Source of the DNA: Auanema rhodensis | Taxonomy: Eukaryota; Animalia; Nematoda | Assembly (NCBI GenBank): GCA_964057225.1 | Contig: OZ059898.1 | Span: 21,080,001-21,144,000 of the forward strand | Direction of reading: 5' to 3' | DNA length: 64,000 bases | Shown here: positions 58,001 to 64,000 of the stretch, piece by piece | Position numbering within the stretch: the first letter of the stretch is position 1 | How the letters are laid out: the number at the start of each line of letters is the position of its first letter | Position numbers and translations under genes: made by a program | The notes under the pieces: generated by a model | The model's database searches: none | Seen by the model: the letters and a program-made list of their open reading frames with translations, nothing else | What the model was told of the DNA's origin: nothing

Positions 58001-61000
58001 GATTCCCCATGTCCATATTAGTCTAAAAACAAATTTTTATTGATATTGGTGCATGGTAACCATGACTTTGAAATTTACGTGAACTTTAATTTATGCTAAT
58101 TAAATGTACACGTGATGTGCACTTGGTATGTAACTCGCTTCACGTGAAAGATAAAGAGATGCGGTTTTCAAAATTAGATTCCCCATGTCCATATTAGTCT
58201 AAAAACAAATTTTTATTGATATTGGTGCATGGTAACCATGACTTTGAAATTTACGTGAACTTTAATTTATGCTAATTAAATGTACACGTGATGTGCACTT
58301 GGTATGTAACTCGCTTCACGTGAAAGATGAAGAGATGCGGTTTTCAAAATTAGATTCCCCATGTCCATATTAGTCTAAAAACAAATTTTTATTGATATTG
58401 GTGCATGGTAACCATGACTTTGAAATTTACGTGAACTTTAATTTATGCTAATTAAATGTACACGTGATGTGCACTTGGTATGTAACTCGCTTCACGTGAA
58501 AGATGAAGAGATGCGGTTTTCAAAATTAGATTCCCCATGTCCATATTAGTCTAAAAACAAATTTTTATTGACATTGGTGCATGGTAACCATGACTTTGAA
58601 ATTTACGTGAACTTTAATTTATGCTAATTAAATGTACACGTGATGTGCACTTGGTATGTAACTCGCTTCACGTGAAAGATAAAGAGATGCGGTTTTCAAA
58701 ATTAGATTCCTCATGTCCATATTAGTCTAAAAACAAATTTTTATTGATATTGGTGCATGGTAACCATGACTTTGAAATTTACGTGAACTTTAATTTATGC
58801 TAATTAAATGTACACGTGATGTGCACTTGGTATGTAACTCGCTTCACGTGAAAGATAAAGAGATGCGGTTTTCAAAATTAGATTCCCCATGTCCATATTA
58901 GTCTAAAAACAAATTTTTATTGATATTGGTTCATGGTAACCATGACTTTGAAATTTACGTGAACTTTAATTTATGCTAATTAAATGTACACGTGATGTGC
59001 ACTTGGTATGTAACTCGCTTCACGTGAAAGATAAAGAGATGCGGTTTTCAAAATTAGATTCCTCATGTCCATATTAGTCTAAAAACAAATTTTTATTGAT
59101 ATTGGTGCATGGTAACCATGACTTTGAAATTTACGTGAACTTTAATTTATGCTAATTAAATGTACACGTGATGTGCACTTGGTATGTAACTCGCTTCACG
59201 TGAAAGATGAAGAGATGCGGTTTTCAAAATTAGATTCCCCATGTCCATATTAGTCTAAAAACAAATTTTTATTGACATTGGTGCATGGTAACCATGACTT
59301 TGAAATTTACGTGAACTTTAATTTATGCTAATTAAATGTACACGTGATGTGCACTTGGTATGTAACTCGCTTCACGTGAAAGATAAAGAGATGCGGTTTT
59401 CAAAATTAGATTCCCCATGTCCATATTAGTCTAAAAACAAATTTTTATTGACATTGGTGCATGGTAACCATGACTTTGAAATTTACGTGAACTTTAATTT
59501 ATGCTAATTAAATGTACACGTGATGTGCACTTGGTATGTAACTCGCTTCACGTGAAAGATGAAGAGATGCGGTTTTCAAAATTAGATTCCCCATGTCCAT
59601 ATTAGTCTAAAAACAAATTTTTATTGATATTGGTGCATGGTAACCATGACTTTGAAATTTACGTGAACTTTAATTTATGCTAATTAAATGTACACGTGAT
59701 GTGCACTTGGTATGTAACTCGCTTCACGTGAAAGATAAGGAGATGCGGTTTTCAAAATTAGATTCCCCATGTCCATATTAGTCTAAAAACAAATTTTTAT
59801 TGATATTGGTTCATGGTAACCATGACTTTGAAATTTACGTGAACTTTAATTTATGCTAATTAAATGTACACGTGATGTGCACTTGGTATGTAACTCGCTT
59901 CACGTGAAAGATAAAGAGATGCGGTTTTCAAAATTAGATTCCCCATGTCCATATTAGTCTAAAAACAAATTTTTATTGATATTGGTGCATGGTAACCATG
60001 ACTTTGAAATTTACGTGAACTTTAATTTATGCTAATTAAATTTACACGTGATGTGCACTTGGTATGTAACTCGCTTCACGTGAAAGATGAAGAGATGCGG
60101 TTTTCAAAATTAGATTCCCCATGTCCATATTAGTCTAAAAACAAATTTTTATTGATATTGGTGCATGGTAACCATGACTTTGAAATTTACGTGAACTTTA
60201 ATTTATGCTAATTAAATGTACACGTGATGTGCACTTGGTATGTAACTCGCTTCACGTGAAAGATAAAGAGATGCGGTTTTCAAAATTAGATTCCCCATGT
60301 CCATATTAGTCTAAAAACAATTTTTTATTGATATTGGTGCATGGTAACCATGACTTTGAAATTTACGTGAACTTTAATTTATGCTAATTAAATGTACACG
60401 TGATGTGCACTTGGTATGTAACTCGCTTCACGTGAAAGTTAAAGAGATGCGGTTTTCAAAATTAGATTCCCCATGTCCATATTAGTCTAAAAACAAATTT
60501 TTATTGATATTGGTTCATGGTAACCATGACTTTGAAATTTACGTGAACTTTAATTTATGCTAATTAAATGTACACGTGATGTGCACTTGGTATGTAACTC
60601 GCTTCACGTGAAAGATAAAGAGATGCGGTTTTCAAAATTAGATTCCTCATGTCCATATTAGTCTAAAAACAAATTTTTATTGATATTGGTGCATGGTAAC
60701 CATGACTTTGAAATTTACGTGAACTTTAATTTATGCTAATTAAATGTACACGTGATGTGCACTTGGTATGTAACTCGCTTCACGTGAAAGATAAAGAGAT
60801 GCGGTTTTCAAAATTAGATTCCCCATGTCCATATTAGTCTAAAAACAAATTTTTATTGATATTGGTGCATGGTAACCATGACTTTGAAATTTACGTGAAC
60901 TTTAATTTATGCTAATTAAATGTACACGTGATGTGCACTTGGTATGTAACTCGCTTCACGTGAAAGATGAAGAGATGCGGTTTTCAAAATTAGATTCCCC

Positions 61001-64000
61001 ATGTCCATATTAGTCTAAAAACAAATTTTTATTGATATTGGTGCATGGTAACCATGACTTTGAAATTTACGTGAACTTTAATTTATGCTAATTAAATGTA
61101 CACGTGATGTGCACTTGGTATGTAACTCGCTTCACGTGAAAGATAAAGAGATGCGGTTTTCAAAATTAGATTCCTCATGTCCATATTAGTCTAAAAACAA
61201 ATTTTTATTGATATTGGTGCATGGTAACCATGACTTTGAAATTTACGTGAACTTTAATTTATGCTAATTAAATGTACACGTGATGTGCACTTGGTATGTA
61301 ACTCGCTTCACGTGAAAGATGAAGAGATGCGGTTTTCAAAATTAGATTCCCCATGTCCATATTAGTCTAAAAACAAATTTTTATTGATATTGGTGCATGG
61401 TAACCATGACTTTGAAATTTACGTGAACTTTAATTTATGCTAATTAAATGTACACGTGATGTGCACTTGGTATGTAACTCGCTTCACGTGAAAGATAAGG
61501 AGATGCGGTTTTCAAAATTAGATTCCCCATGTCCATATTAGTATAAAAACAAATTTTTATTGATATTGGTTCATGGTAACCATGACTTTGAAATTTACGT
61601 GAACTTTAATTTATGCTAATTAAATGTACACGTGATGTGCACTTGGTATGTAACTCGCTTCACGTGAAAGATAAAGAGATGCGGTTTTCAAAATTAGATT
61701 CCCCATGTCCATATTAGTCTAAAAACAAATTTTTATTGATATTGGTGCATGGTAACCATGACTTTGAAATTTACGTGAACTTTAATTTATGCTAATTAAA
61801 TGTACACGTGATGTGCACTTGGTATGTAACTCGCTTCACGTGAAAGATGAAGAGATGCGGTTTTCAAAATTAGATTCCCCATGTCCATATTAGTCTAAAA
61901 ACAAATTTTTATTGATATTGGTGCATGGTAACCATGACTTTGAAATTTACGTGAACTTTAATTTATGCTAATTAAATGTACACGTGATGTGCACTTGGTA
62001 TGTAACTCGCTTCACGTGAAAGATAAAGAGATGCGGTTTTCAAAATTAGATTCCCCATGTCCATATTAGTCTAAAAACAATTTTTTATTGATATTGGTGC
62101 ATGGTAACCATGACTTTGAAATTTACGTGAACTTTAATTTATGCTAATTAAATGTACACGTGATGTGCACTTGGTATGTAACTCGCTTCACGTGAAAGAT
62201 AAAGAGATGCGGTTTTCAAAATTAGATTCCCCATGTCCATATTAGTCTAAAAACAAATTTTTATTGATATTGGTTCATGGTAACCATGACTTTGAAATTT
62301 ACGTGAACTTTAATTTATGCTAATTAAATGTACACGTGATGTGCACTTGGTATGTAACTCGCTTCACGTGAAAGATAAAGAGATGCGGTTTTCAAAATTA
62401 GATTCCTCATGTCCATATTAGTCTAAAAACAAATTTTTATTGATATTGGTGCATGGTAACCATGACTTTGAAATTTACGTGAACTTTAATTTATGCTAAT
62501 TAAATGTACACGTGATGTGCACTTGGTATGTAACTCGCTTCACGTGAAAGATAAAGAGATGCGGTTTTCAAAATTAGATTCCCCATGTCCATATTAGTCT
62601 AAAAACAAATTTTTATTGATATTGGTGCATGGTAACCATGACTTTGAAATTTACGTGAACTTTAATTTATGCTAATTAAATGTACACGTGATGTGCACTT
62701 GGTATGTAACTCGCTTCACGTGAAAGATGAAGAGATGCGGTTTTCAAAATTAGATTCCCCATGTCCATATTAGTCTAAAAACAAATTTTTATTGATATTG
62801 GTGCATGGTAACCATGACTTTGAAATTTACGTGAACTTTAATTTATGCTAATTAAATGTACACGTGATGTGCACTTGGTATGTAACTCGCTTCACGTGAA
62901 AGATAAAGAGATGCGGTTTTCAAAATTAGATTCCTCATGTCCATATTAGTCTAAAAACAAATTTTTATTGATATTGGTGCATGGTAACCATGACTTTGAA
63001 ATTTACGTGAACTTTAATTTATGCTAATTAAATGTACACGTGATGTGCACTTGGTATGTAACTCGCTTCACGTGAAAGATGAAGAGATGCGGTTTTCAAA
63101 ATTAGATTCCCCATGTCCATATTAGTCTAAAACAAATTTTTATTGACATTGGTGCATGGTAACCATGACTTTGAAATTTACGTGAACTTTAATTTATGCT
63201 AATTAAATGTACACGTGATGTGCACTTGGTATGTAACTCGCTTCACGTGAAAGATAAAGAGATGCGGTTTTCAAAATTAGATTCCCCATGTCCATATTAG
63301 TCTAAAAACAAATTTTTATTGATATTGGTGCATGGTAACCATGACTTTGAAATTTACGTGAACTTTAATTTATGCTAATTAAATGTACACGTGATGTGCA
63401 CTTGGTATGTAACTCTCTTCACGTGAAAGATGAAGAGATGCGGTTTTCAAAATTAGATTCCCCATGTCCATATTAGTCTAAAAACAAATTTTTATTGATA
63501 TTGGTGCATGGTAACCATGACTTTGAAATTTACGTGAACTTTAATTTATGCTAATTAAATGTACACGTGATGTGCACTTGGTATGTAACTCGCTTCACGT
63601 GAAAGATAAGGAGATGCGGTTTTCAAAATTAGATTCCCCATGTCCATATTAGTCTAAAAACAAATTTTTATTGATATTGGTTCATGGTAACCATGACTTT
63701 GAAATTTACGTGAACTTTAATTTATGCTAATTAAATGTACACGTGATGTGCACTTGGTATGTAACTCGCTTCACGTGAAAGATAAAGAGATGCGGTTTTC
63801 AAAATTAGATTCCCCATGTCCATATTAGTCTAAAAACAAATTTTTATTGATATTGGTGCATGGTAACCATGACTTTGAAATTTACGTGAACTTTAATTTA
63901 TGCTAATTAAATGTACACGTGATGTGCACTTGGTATGTAACTCGTTTCACGTGAAAGATAAAGAGATGCGGTTTTCAAAATTAGATTCCCCATGTCCATA
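52001..64000. repeat. Variant domain G, G-allele dominated, with a 22-27-mer duplication and a 10-mer duplication
   Basis: gaaaGttacg+aatCaaa at 52618 and 57370 (4752 bp = 27 units); aaagTtaa at 56567 and 60439 (22 units); gataaGgag at 59739 and 61499 (10 units). attgaCattg is private to this domain. Confidence 0.85.

Larger units (their letters stand above)
1..64000. repeat. Tandem satellite array, 176-bp monomer x 364, single orientation; candidate centromeric/pericentromeric satellite
   Basis: ctaaaaac recurs at 1, 177, 353 ... 2641, 5281, 7921, 10561 (1+176n). Phase is conserved to the window end apart from eight length-variant monomers (net -59 bp). No unique sequence is present. The tandem repeat is seen directly; the centromeric role is inferred from monomer size, AT richness and homogeneity. 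Confidence 0.99.

Noticed and set aside
1-64000. CRISPR array or other prokaryotic repeat-spacer system
   Set aside because: There are no unique spacers; the entire 176 bp is repeated. No cas genes or other genes are present.

Overview
The whole 64 kb window is one uninterrupted, head-to-tail, single-orientation satellite array. It holds 364 copies (the last lacks 5 nt) of a 176-bp monomer with about 32% GC (57/176 by hand count). Consensus, positions 1-176: ctaaaaacaaatttttattgatattggt[g/t]catggtaaccatgactttgaaatttacgtgaactttaatttatgctaattaaatgtacacgtgatgtgcacttggtatgtaactcgcttcacgtgaaagataaagagatgcggttttcaaaattagattccccatgtccatattagt. Most monomers differ from consensus at only about 0-5 positions. 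I see no genes, RNA genes, transposon insertions or inversions. The length arithmetic closes exactly: 364x176 minus 59 bp of net observed indels minus 5 = 64000. The nucleosome-sized monomer and high homogeneity suggest a eukaryotic centromeric or pericentromeric satellite (inference); I cannot name the family or species. Two kinds of structure are hidden in the variants. (1) The monomer junction is a quasi-palindrome. In five copies its right arm has been rewritten as the exact reverse complement of the left arm, giving a perfect 18-bp inverted repeat in four of them (template-switch signature). The same site also carries a scrambled left arm, a 60-bp net deletion with a junction duplication, and a clustered substitution, so it looks like a structure-driven mutation hotspot. 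(2) The array is divided into about seven domains with private SNP sets and local, young higher-order repeats (5-, 7-, 10/11-, 13-, 27- and 43/45-mers). The single ORF is a by-product of a lost stop codon.
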